Shown piece by piece: positions 39,158 through 47,628 of a DNA stretch of 64,000 nt. Every line of letters starts with the position of its first letter. Position 1 is the first letter of the stretch. The translations under genes and the position numbers were made by a program. The notes below the pieces were generated by a model. That model made no database searches. It was not told the origin of the DNA and saw nothing but the letters and a program-made list of their open reading frames with translations. Origin of the DNA: Bacillota bacterium (lineage in GTDB: Bacteria > Bacillota > SHA-98 > Ch115 > JABLXJ01); the NCBI GenBank assembly GCA_012839815.1, contig DUMQ01000058.1:63-64062 (forward strand). The letters are read 5' to 3'.

Positions 39158-40711
39158 TCACTCCTCCCGGCGGAGAGCAAAATCCAAAACCCGCCTGGCG
39201 ATTGGCGCCGCTACTGAGCCACCTGCACCGCCGTTCTCAACGATGACGCTTATGGCAACCCTGGGGTTCGCGGCGGGTGCGAAGCCGACAAACCACGCAT
39301 GCGGGGCGCCTTTAGGGTTTTGCGCCGTGCCCGTCTTGCCTGCGACGGACATGCCGTCGAGGCCTGCGCGCCACCCCGTGCCCGATTCCACGGCGGCAAC
39401 CAGCAAGTCCTTCACCTTCGCCGCCGTGCTAACTGAAACAGGGCGCGCCAGCCTGGCTGGTACATATCGCCAGAGCGTCTCGCCGCTCCCGCCCCTTCTC
39501 ACCTGGGAGACGACGTAAGGTCGCATCATCACCCCGCGATTTGCTATCGCCGACGCGATCATGGCCATGTGCAGCGGCGTAGCCAGCACAGTGCCCTGGC
39601 CTATCGCGGCCTCCGCGAGCAGATTCTCATCGTCCCGTGCGCCATCACCCGCGCCTGCGGAGCCACCAGCGCTTCCTTCGCCGCGGAAGGCCGGAAACCT
39701 GCTCTCGTTTACGTGGAGGTCAAACGGTATTTCCCGGTTGAAACCAAACCGCCGCGCGAAATCAGAGAGCGTCTTGCCCCCGATTTTCCGGGCGACCTGT
39801 ATGAATGCAACATTGCACGAGAGGGCCAGGGCCGAGGCAAGGTTAACCCTGCCATGGGCCCTGCCACCCGGGCACGATATCTTCCGGCCATTTACGTCTA
39901 TGCTCCCGCTGCATACAAATATATCATTCGGACCGATGAGCCCCGTCTCGATCGCCGCGCTTGCAACTATGATCTTAAAAACCGAGCCCGGCGGGTAAAG
40001 TCCCGATGTAGCGCGATTTATGAACGGGCTCGAAGGATCCTGGATTATATCAGGCCAGACGACATCGAGCCTGTTTGCGTCAAACGCGGGATAGCTCGCG
40101 GAGGCGAGCACCGCGCCGGTGGCGGGGTCGAGAACGACGACCGCTCCATTCCGGTGGCCTAGAGCAGCCTCAGCTACGGCTTGCAGCTGCGGGTCAATGG
40201 TCAGGATGATGTCATTTCCCCGCGGCTTCCCGCGTTGTTTTACCCCTTGCGGCTGCCGGGATCCGAAGCCCAAACCGGGGATCAGACCCGGTGTCCTCAA
40301 AAATCCCCGTGGGAGCCCGAGCAGCTGGTGGTTAAATGCCAGCTCTACGCCGGTCTTTCCGTATCTATCATGATTATAGCCCACAATATGCACCAGGGAC
40401 GTGGGGCCGAAGTAAACCCTCGCTGAACCTTCATCCCGTCTCGCCGCGTCCCCATGTGGCCTCTGAACATCATGCGGCTTCTGAAAAGGTCTATTCCCGG
40501 CGAGGGCCTCGCCGTTGGCAGCATATATTCCTCCTCGCTCAATCGACTTCTCAATAGCAATCTGCCGGGGATTTCGCACGTGCGTGGCCAGGTAATCGCC
40601 ACGCCACCCGACGATATACGCGAGCCCGATAGCGAGGCCAATAAACGCCCACATGAATACGCTGAACAGGCGTCGAATTCGCGTTTGAATTCGCGTGCCC
40701 GTGTCATACAT
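39158..40711 (-). CDS. Class B penicillin-binding protein (PBP2/PbpA-like transpeptidase)
   Basis: It has a TM anchor and a transpeptidase domain with SVFK, SCN and KTGT motifs. It is paired with the upstream SEDS gene. Confidence 0.88.
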   Translation of the reverse strand: MYDTGTRIQTRIRRLFSVFMWAFIGLAIGLAYIVGWRGDYLATHVRNPRQIAIEKSIERGGIYAANGEALAGNRPFQKPHDVQRPHGDAARRDEGSARVYFGPTSLVHIVGYNHDRYGKTGVELAFNHQLLGLPRGFLRTPGLIPGLGFGSRQPQGVKQRGKPRGNDIILTIDPQLQAVAEAALGHRNGAVVVLDPATGAVLASASYPAFDANRLDVVWPDIIQDPSSPFINRATSGLYPPGSVFKIIVASAAIETGLIGPNDIFVCSGSIDVNGRKISCPGGRAHGRVNLASALALSCNVAFIQVARKIGGKTLSDFARRFGFNREIPFDLHVNESRFPAFRGEGSAGGSAGAGDGARDDENLLAEAAIGQGTVLATPLHMAMIASAIANRGVMMRPYVVSQVRRGGSGETLWRYVPARLARPVSVSTAAKVKDLLVAAVESGTGWRAGLDGMSVAGKTGTAQNPKGAPHAWFVGFAPAANPRVAISVIVENGGAGGSVAAPIARRVLDFALRREE

Positions 40712-40713
40712 CG

Positions 40714-41967
40714 CTATGCATCCGCCCTTCCCTGCCTCGCCACGCTTGATAACAAACCGGTCGCAAGGAAGTTTGAGATGAGAGAGCTCCCCCCGTAGCT
40801 TAAGAACGGCATTGTAACGCCGGTAAGGGGGACGAGTTTCAACACGCCGCCCATTATGGTGAGCGCCTGGATCCCCAACAACGAAGCCAGGCCGGTTGCG
40901 AGCAGGCTCCCAAATTCATCTCGAGCCCCAAGAGCTATCTTGAATCCCCTATAGGTTAACACAAGATAGAGGAGGATTATCGCCGCACCGCCGGCAAGCC
41001 CCAGCTCCTCGCACAGGGACGCGAAAACAAAGTCCGTCTCCACGGCAGGGATTACAGATGGATGCCCGAGGCCGAGGCCTGACCCGAAAATGCCGCCTGA
41101 TCCCAGGGCAAATAGTGCCTGGACTATCTGGTACCCCCTGCCATCGACGTCAGACCACGGGTTGATCCACATATCTACCCGGACCCGGACGTGGTCAAAT
41201 AAATGATAGCTCACCACACCCCCGAGAATCAATAGCAAGAGTCCAAAAATAATGTAAGACGGCCGCCCGCTCGCAACGTAAAGCATCGCCAGGAACACAC
41301 CGAAGAAAAGAAACGCCGCTCCGAGGTCCTTCTGTAAAATCAGGAGCGAAAACGACAGGCCGCACATCAGGATGAGGGGGCCCACGTAGGCAAGCTCCGG
41401 GGCCCGGATCCACCACAGGCGGCGTGTGGGGACCATGAGAGCCGTCCCTGCATCGCTAAAATAGGCGGCCAGGAAGATTATGATAAATATCTTCACAAAC
41501 TCGGACGGCTCAAAGCTAAACCTTCCAAAGCCAAGCCATGCCCTCGCCCCGCCCACTGACTTGCCGAAGGCGATCGTAAGCGCCAGAAGGGCTACGCTCA
41601 AGACACCCCACAGGTATTCATATCTCTGCAGGTCCCCGTAATCCCCCAGGAGGATGCTGGCCAGGACCAGGAGGGCAAGTCCGATCACCGCCCATGCAAA
41701 CTGCCGCCAGGCCAGATCAGGTCTCAACCTGTATGTTTCAATGATGCCAAATCCGGTCAAGAAGACCACCACCGGGAATATTACAGGTTCCAGCCTGCCC
41801 TTGTTTCCTCCCCCTAGGTAAAATGCAGCAAAGGAGCTAAGCGCATATAAGGGCCAGAGCGCCCACCCCATGGGAACGCGGGTTTCCTCAGGGCGCGATA
41901 CGAGCTCTACTATAGTACCTCCCAAAATCACCGGCAATAAGGCAAACCCCACAAGCCTGACCCCCAC
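40714..41967 (-). CDS. rodA: SEDS family glycosyltransferase RodA/FtsW
   Basis: It has 10 TM helices and SEDS motifs. The GTG start follows GAGAGGGTGAG. Confidence 0.88.
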   Translation of the reverse strand: MGVRLVGFALLPVILGGTIVELVSRPEETRVPMGWALWPLYALSSFAAFYLGGGNKGRLEPVIFPVVVFLTGFGIIETYRLRPDLAWRQFAWAVIGLALLVLASILLGDYGDLQRYEYLWGVLSVALLALTIAFGKSVGGARAWLGFGRFSFEPSEFVKIFIIIFLAAYFSDAGTALMVPTRRLWWIRAPELAYVGPLILMCGLSFSLLILQKDLGAAFLFFGVFLAMLYVASGRPSYIIFGLLLLILGGVVSYHLFDHVRVRVDMWINPWSDVDGRGYQIVQALFALGSGGIFGSGLGLGHPSVIPAVETDFVFASLCEELGLAGGAAIILLYLVLTYRGFKIALGARDEFGSLLATGLASLLGIQALTIMGGVLKLVPLTGVTMPFLSYGGSSLISNFLATGLLSSVARQGRADA

Positions 41968-41987
41968 GCACCACTCACCCTCTCAGG

Positions 41988-42066
41988 CGCAGCATACTGA
42001 ACAGCATACCAACAGCATACCATATACTATACTACCTTCATACTATGATACATACTATAATACCCC
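41988..42066 (-). repeat. Short-period ATAC/GTATG microsatellite-like repeats between pstP and rodA
   Basis: AACAGCATACC occurs twice in tandem plus a partial copy (41991-42021). ATACTAT occurs three times (42024-42058). There are further GTATAC and ATAC copies. Confidence 0.6.
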
Positions 42067-42765
42067 TCAGGAACAGTATACTACAACGACCGTCGTATTG
42101 TCATACCCACCCCTCTTGTTGGCCTCATCGATCAAGGTATTGCAGGCCTGGTTAGGGTCGTGAGTCGACAAGAGGATATCCGCCAGCTCCTGGTCGCTGA
42201 CGGCACTGGTCAGCCCATCTGTGCAGAGAAGCACCCTATCCCCCACCCTGGTATCAAGGCTCGATATGTCGATATCGACCTGAGGGAAAGTGCCGAGCGC
42301 TCTCGTAATTATATTCCGCTGGGGGTGAAACCTCGCCTCCTCCCTGGTCAGCACCCCCCTCTTCAAAAGCTCCCCGACGACCGAGTGATCATCCGTCAAT
42401 TGCCGGAGCATGCCATCCCTCAAGAGATAGGCCCGGCTATCCCCGACATGACCCAGGTAGGCCCGGTTGCCCTCTATAATAAGGACTGTGAGGGTTGTCC
42501 CCATCCCCGCGTAGCCCGGGTTGATGCTGGCCTGCCTGAATATCTCCGCATTTATCTCGCTGATCACCGCCCTGAGCCAGCCTTCAGGGTCCGCCCCGTT
42601 AAACTTATTCTCCCTAAGCATCCTGACGGCTATCCCGCTCGCCACCTCGCCGGCGTCATGCCCCCCCATGCCATCGGCAACGGCAAAAACGTTGTCCCCA
42701 ATATAAAACGCATCTTCATTTTGCTCCCTGACCATGCCAACGTCTGTACGCGCCGCAGCCTGCAC
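42067..42765 (-). CDS. pstP: PP2C-family Ser/Thr phosphatase (Stp/PstP/PrpC)
   Basis: TDVGMVREQNEDAF, ADGMGGH and LCTDGL identify it as PP2C. Confidence 0.9.
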   Translation of the reverse strand: MQAAARTDVGMVREQNEDAFYIGDNVFAVADGMGGHDAGEVASGIAVRMLRENKFNGADPEGWLRAVISEINAEIFRQASINPGYAGMGTTLTVLIIEGNRAYLGHVGDSRAYLLRDGMLRQLTDDHSVVGELLKRGVLTREEARFHPQRNIITRALGTFPQVDIDISSLDTRVGDRVLLCTDGLTSAVSDQELADILLSTHDPNQACNTLIDEANKRGGYDNTTVVVVYCS

Positions 42766-43254
42766 TTACCTCACCCCCCTGAATTGAAAGGTGGTATCGC
42801 CGATCGTGACAGTGTCGCCGAGGCTAAGGCGCACAGCCCGCGATACCCTCTTCCCGTTCACAAAAGTGCCGTTCTTGCTCCCGAGATCCTCTAACCAGTA
42901 TTCCTCCCCCCTTTTCACAATTCTTGCATGATTCACGGAAACATAGGGGTCCGGAATCGATATGATATTGCCTGACCCTCGACCAAGGGTTATGACGGTA
43001 TCAGTTGAGGAATCGATAGCAAAGAAGGCGCCCGGCGGGAACTCCCCCTGCTCGCCCACGACGTACAGGCCTAATCCCGGATCCGGTCTACCCGGCCTGT
43101 TCCTCTCGCCTGAAACCATCCTTTCGGGTCGCCCCCGCCCCGCTCCGGCTTCATGATAATCAATATCCAACTGTATCGTCCTGGCGACCTGGTAAAGAAA
43201 GGCGTAAATGAAGGCTATCAACACGAATTTTAGAATTGAGAAAACCAGCGCCAC
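42766..43254 (-). CDS. fhaB: FHA-domain membrane protein (FhaB-like)
   Basis: An N-terminal TM is followed by a C-terminal FHA domain (ITLGRGSGNIISIPDPYVSVNHARI...SKNGTFVNGKRV). Confidence 0.85.
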   Translation of the reverse strand: MALVFSILKFVLIAFIYAFLYQVARTIQLDIDYHEAGAGRGRPERMVSGERNRPGRPDPGLGLYVVGEQGEFPPGAFFAIDSSTDTVITLGRGSGNIISIPDPYVSVNHARIVKRGEEYWLEDLGSKNGTFVNGKRVSRAVRLSLGDTVTIGDTTFQFRGVR

Positions 43255-43257
43255 TTT

Positions 43258-44064
43258 TCACACCGCCTCGAAACGAAAGAGGGTCTTGCCCACCCGGATC
43301 AGGTCGCCGTCCTGCAAAACATGACGATCGACCCTCTTCCCATTAACAAAGGTCCCGTTGGTACTGTCGCGATCAATAAGGATGAAGCCCTCCCCTTCCC
43401 ACCGCACCTCCGCGTGGTCTCTCGAAACACTGGGATCCTCCAGGACGATATCGCTCGTCTTCCTCCGGCCGATAGCCGTAACACCCTCCTGGAGTTCGAA
43501 TTCCTCGCCGACCCGGTAACCCCGTTCTACAACCAGGCGTGCGGCACCCGCACGAACCCTCCCGGCTTCCTCCCCCAATGTCGCTCTACCAAAAACCTGC
43601 GTGGTCGCACCCTCGCCAGGTCTCCGGCAGGTGTCTTCACCCGCCTCGGCAGCCGTGGGGATCTTGCTGGCGTCACCATCGGTGGTCGTGGTCACAGCTT
43701 CGACAAACCTCCCGTCCACAACTATATCGCCGGCCCCCATGTGGTCATCGCCGACGAACTTAACCTCAACCGGCCCGATAAAAGCGTAACCATGACGTAT
43801 AGCCCGCTCTCTCACGTGGTCTGAAAGTTCAGATGAAAGGGTGTGCCCCAGAGGTTCAATCCTCGCAAGATCGTCGGGATTCAAGTAAACGACATATTCA
43901 TTTGGCACGTACACCCTGGAGACGCTTACACGACGCTCATCTTCCATTTTCCGGATTATGTGTCTTGCGATCTCAACCGGGTGGGTTCCGGCAACCCGGG
44001 CCTGCCGGAACAGGCCCTCGACAATGCGCTCTAGCAATCGTTCAAATCTCACAAAGGGTCCCAT
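43258..44064 (-). CDS. fhaA: FhaA-like protein (DUF3662 N-terminus plus C-terminal FHA domain)
   Basis: MGPFVRFERLLERIVEGLF is a DUF3662 signature. The FHA domain is IGRRKTSDIVLEDPSVSRDHAEV...STNGTFVNGKRV. ATG 44064 follows GGGAGGAG. Confidence 0.85.
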   Translation of the reverse strand: MGPFVRFERLLERIVEGLFRQARVAGTHPVEIARHIIRKMEDERRVSVSRVYVPNEYVVYLNPDDLARIEPLGHTLSSELSDHVRERAIRHGYAFIGPVEVKFVGDDHMGAGDIVVDGRFVEAVTTTTDGDASKIPTAAEAGEDTCRRPGEGATTQVFGRATLGEEAGRVRAGAARLVVERGYRVGEEFELQEGVTAIGRRKTSDIVLEDPSVSRDHAEVRWEGEGFILIDRDSTNGTFVNGKRVDRHVLQDGDLIRVGKTLFRFEAV

Positions 44065-44065
44065 C

Positions 44066-45208
44066 TTAACTCCTCCCAAAGGAGCGGCTTCGCAGCTGGC
44101 CGCAGGCGGCATCTATATCGCTTCCGAGCTCCCTGCGAATAGTCGCCTGGACACCATGATCCTCGAGAATCCTTTGAAACCGTCGTACCCTGGAAGGCTC
44201 TGGCCTCTCAAACTCCGCAGACTCAACTGGGTTCAGAGGGATAAGGTTGACGTGTGAGAGGAAGCCCCCGACCAGACTGGCAAGCGCCAGAGCATCGGCG
44301 TCGCCGTCGTTCACCCCTTTCAGGAGGATGTATTCGAAGGTAACCCGCCGCCTCGTCGATTCCGCATATTCCCTGCACGCTTGCATCAACTCCGCTATGC
44401 AAAACCGCCTGTTGATCGGTACAAGCTCATCTCGAAGCTCGTCCCTGGCAGCATGCAAGGAGACTGACAGGGTTATGGGAAGACCCTCGCTGGCTAGCCT
44501 CCTGATCCCGTGCACGAGTCCGCAGGTAGATAGGGTGATCCTCCGGTAGCTTATGCCCAGCCCGTTTGGGTCATTTATGATGCGCATGAATTTCACAGAC
44601 GCATCATAGTTATCGAGAGGCTCCCCCGATCCCATCAGGACCACGTTACCGACCCTTTGCTTCCTCGAACCCTCTCCATTCTCAGGCCTCTTCTCGCGCC
44701 CCTCGTCATCCCCCGCCCCATCCTTGCTCCGTAAATCTGCTTGAATCCGTAAAACCTGGTCGACGATCTCCCCCGTGCTGAGATTTCTCTCAAATCCGCC
44801 GTGGCCGGTCGCGCAAAAGGCACATCCCATCCTGCACCCGACCTGGGTCGAAACGCACGCCGCAAAACCATGTTCATACTCCATGCGCACGGCTTCGACT
44901 GCGTTGCCATCGGCCAGACCAAAGAGGAATTTAATGGTACCATCCTCCGAAACTTGCCGCGCAAGCTCAGAAAGGTTTGTGAGAGACGCCTCCTCTGCGA
45001 GGCGATTGCGGAGTCCCCTGGGTAAATTAGTCATTTCGTCGAAGGATTTTACTTGTTTTTGGTGAATCCATTGAAAGATTTGAAGACCCCGATACCTCGC
45101 CTCGCCGAGGCCCGTAACAAAGTCACCCAGTTCACCCGGAAGGAGGCCTTTCAGGTCAACCTTTTCAGTATCGCGATTAACCGGACCGGCCTTGTAGATC
45201 GAACCCAT
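44066..45208 (-). CDS. rlmN: 23S rRNA/tRNA adenine-C2 methyltransferase RlmN (radical SAM)
   Basis: CVSTQVGCRMGCAFCATG is the CxxxCxxC radical SAM motif, and the downstream RlmN/Cfr motifs are present. There is an unusual Asp/Glu/Gly-rich insertion (DGAGDDEGREKRPENGEGSRK). ATG 45208 follows AAGGGGA. Confidence 0.85.
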   Translation of the reverse strand: MGSIYKAGPVNRDTEKVDLKGLLPGELGDFVTGLGEARYRGLQIFQWIHQKQVKSFDEMTNLPRGLRNRLAEEASLTNLSELARQVSEDGTIKFLFGLADGNAVEAVRMEYEHGFAACVSTQVGCRMGCAFCATGHGGFERNLSTGEIVDQVLRIQADLRSKDGAGDDEGREKRPENGEGSRKQRVGNVVLMGSGEPLDNYDASVKFMRIINDPNGLGISYRRITLSTCGLVHGIRRLASEGLPITLSVSLHAARDELRDELVPINRRFCIAELMQACREYAESTRRRVTFEYILLKGVNDGDADALALASLVGGFLSHVNLIPLNPVESAEFERPEPSRVRRFQRILEDHGVQATIRRELGSDIDAACGQLRSRSFGRS

Positions 45209-45442
45209 AATGTAAAACCAATCCCCTTGATCGCCGTGTCTGCCTTGATCGCCTTGTTTGCTATGAACAACACTATAACATAATATTCTTCGTAAGAGCA
45301 TGCCTTCCTCTCATTTGCAGTATTTCCGTCATAGATATTTCCTACACCAGGGAACATGCTCGTGTGCAGGAGCCGGGAAGGAGTAAATACAGGGGGCCAG
45401 ACCGGCATCAAACCAGATAGGCCCGAAAGGATGATTCCCATG

Positions 45443-46051
45443 GCCACGAAGGTCATACTGGTGAGACACGCTCAAACTGAATGGAATAAAACCAACAGGT
45501 ACCAGGGGCACCTGGATATCCCGCTTAATGAAAAGGGTCTCGAACAGGCCCGGAGGGTTGCGCTGAGGCTTTCGGGCGACGACATCAAAGCTGTCTATAC
45601 AAGCGACCTCGGCAGGGCCCTGGCCACAGCCCGCGCCATCGCCGAACCCCATGGCCTGGAGCCGACTATAGTGCCGGAGTTCCGGGAGGTAGATGTGGGG
45701 AAATGGCAGGGGCACAGCATGGAAGAGGCGCGGGAGATGGATCCTGAATTCTTTAAGCTATGGATCAGCAACCAGGCTACCACGGCCTTCCCCGGAGGGG
45801 AGTCATATGAGGATGTTAGGCGGCGCACCATGCCCAAGCTAGAAGAACTGGTGGAACGCCATCAGGGTGAGACCTTGTGCGTGGTGAGCCACGCGGGCCC
45901 CTTGAAGGTTATGTTGTGCTCTATACTTGGAATGAGCCTGGATCACCGGCGGCGGCTTGATATCGCGAACGCGAGCGTGAGCGTGGTGAGGTATGACGGC
46001 GGGTTCCCCAGGCTCTGCGTGCTAAACGACACGTGCCACCTGCGAATGTAA
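45443..46051 (+). CDS. Histidine phosphatase family protein (phosphoglycerate mutase-like)
   Basis: VILVRHAQTEWN (the RHG motif) and a C-terminal SHAGP are present. It is the only plus-strand gene in the window. The start is ATG 45443 or 45434. Confidence 0.82.
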   Translation, partial: ATKVILVRHAQTEWNKTNRYQGHLDIPLNEKGLEQARRVALRLSGDDIKAVYTSDLGRALATARAIAEPHGLEPTIVPEFREVDVGKWQGHSMEEAREMDPEFFKLWISNQATTAFPGGESYEDVRRRTMPKLEELVERHQGETLCVVSHAGPLKVMLCSILGMSLDHRRRLDIANASVSVVRYDGGFPRLCVLNDTCHLRM

Positions 46052-46075
46052 CCCTGGCCGGGCAGGCGCACCCCT

Positions 46076-46126
46076 GGCGGGTGTATCCTCTCTTCGCGGC
46101 GGCCTTTAATCGAGGATACACCCGCC
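46076..46126. terminator. Perfect 15-bp inverted repeat between convergent genes (probable bidirectional terminator)
   Basis: GGCGGGTGTATCCTC (46076-46090) pairs with GAGGATACACCCGCC (46112-46126) around a 21-nt loop. No clear U-tract was seen on either side. Confidence 0.5.
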
Positions 46127-46173
46127 CTGTCATCCTACTAACGTGAATGGCCCGCGTCACCCGAGCGAGCAGA

Positions 46174-47532
46174 CTACTTTCCGGCGAGCCCCAGCAGGCC
46201 CACCAGGACCAGCGCCACGGTCAGCATGCTATTGGTCTGTCTCAACCCCCTGAGCTCCTTATCTGTACTGGCCCTGTACTGGTCAAAATCCGCAGAGAGC
46301 TGGTCCAACCTGGCCTCGAGTGCTCTATTGGCTGAGTTCCTGGATACTCGCTCAGACGCTATCGTCTGCTCCACGCTGGCGACCCTCGTCTCAAGGGCTG
46401 CAAGCCTTTCATTGATGCTATCGATCTTGGGAGCGAACTCAGAAGCTATCCGCGACTCCAGGCTCTTGACCTCTGTAGCCAGGGTCTCGAGCCTCTCCCT
46501 GGTGGCGGCGATATCTTTGCCCTGAGAGTCTATACTGCTGCCGAGTTCCTCCCGGGCTGTGTTGAGTTCCTTGGAGAGACCCGCCAGCTCTTGCCTGGTT
46601 GCAGCAAGCTCGCTGTTTACCTTGGAGATAGCGTCCTCCGTGCTTCCGATCCGGTCCCCGAGCTTCTTTTCAACGTCAGCAAGGCGAGCCTCAGCCGTCG
46701 ATAATCTCCCGGCAAGGGCCGAAGTGGCCCCTTCCGACGCGCCGAGCTTGACGCCAAGCTCATCGAGATTCCGGCCCGTCGTGGTCAGGGTCGCCGCAAG
46801 ATCGTCGATCATCTTCTTCAGCTTACTGCGTTCGGCATCCCCGGCAGCCAACCGCGCATCCATCGCGGACGCCTTTTCCTCCAGGCCGGCCACTTTTTCG
46901 CCAACGTCATTCAGTTTCTCCGCGGTCTTTGCGATATCAGCCAGGATGCCCTGCACCTCCGCCCGGACCTTTTGAATCTCAGCCCGGTTGCTCTGTATAC
47001 CCTCCTGGGCCTTTTTGACGTCAGCCTGCGTTTTTTGGAGTGCAGCCTGAGTGTTCTGGTTTGCATATATCGCCTTCGCAGCATCCTCGCGGATCACGGC
47101 AATCGCCTTCTCATTAGCACTCAACTTGTTCCCAAGGTTTTGCGTCTCCGCCGTGAGGCTGACAAGTTCCTCTCTGAATTCGTTGGCCAGCTTGCGCAAA
47201 ACCTGGACGTCCTCTGATGACGCAGCGACCTTCCCCGAGGCTATATCATTTAAGACCTTGGCCACAACAGCGGCAAGCGCGTACCTGTCCACGGGCTTAT
47301 TGCCCTGGAAGGTACCATCCTGGTAAAGCGAGAGATAACCCTTGTCCACGAGCATTTTCACGCTCTGGTATGCCCAGTGGTCGGGCGCGACATCCTTGAT
47401 TTGCTCTGCAAAAGTGCTCAAACTTAGTGGCCCTAATATGATCCCCGCCAGCAGCAGGATCGAAATAATCAAACCGGGATACGTACATACAAAAACAGCA
47501 CGGCCATTTACAAGAACCTTGTGCTTGCCCAT
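46174..47532 (-). CDS. SLH-domain coiled-coil protein with C-terminal membrane anchor (Ompα-like envelope tether)
   Basis: A signal/TM segment is followed by one SLH motif (APDHWAYQSVKMLVDKGYLSLYQDGTFQGNKPVDRYALAAVVAKVL), about 330 aa of heptad-repeat coiled coil, and a C-terminal hydrophobic segment (MLTVALVLVGLLGLAGK). Confidence 0.7.
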   Translation of the reverse strand: MGKHKVLVNGRAVFVCTYPGLIISILLLAGIILGPLSLSTFAEQIKDVAPDHWAYQSVKMLVDKGYLSLYQDGTFQGNKPVDRYALAAVVAKVLNDIASGKVAASSEDVQVLRKLANEFREELVSLTAETQNLGNKLSANEKAIAVIREDAAKAIYANQNTQAALQKTQADVKKAQEGIQSNRAEIQKVRAEVQGILADIAKTAEKLNDVGEKVAGLEEKASAMDARLAAGDAERSKLKKMIDDLAATLTTTGRNLDELGVKLGASEGATSALAGRLSTAEARLADVEKKLGDRIGSTEDAISKVNSELAATRQELAGLSKELNTAREELGSSIDSQGKDIAATRERLETLATEVKSLESRIASEFAPKIDSINERLAALETRVASVEQTIASERVSRNSANRALEARLDQLSADFDQYRASTDKELRGLRQTNSMLTVALVLVGLLGLAGK

Positions 47533-47628
47533 TTTACCCCCTCCGTGATGCCTTCAGATTACCCTTGAATCCTGCATACCACTCCTGCACACTGATCCTG
47601 GCACGATCGAAACTGGAATTACCCTGGC

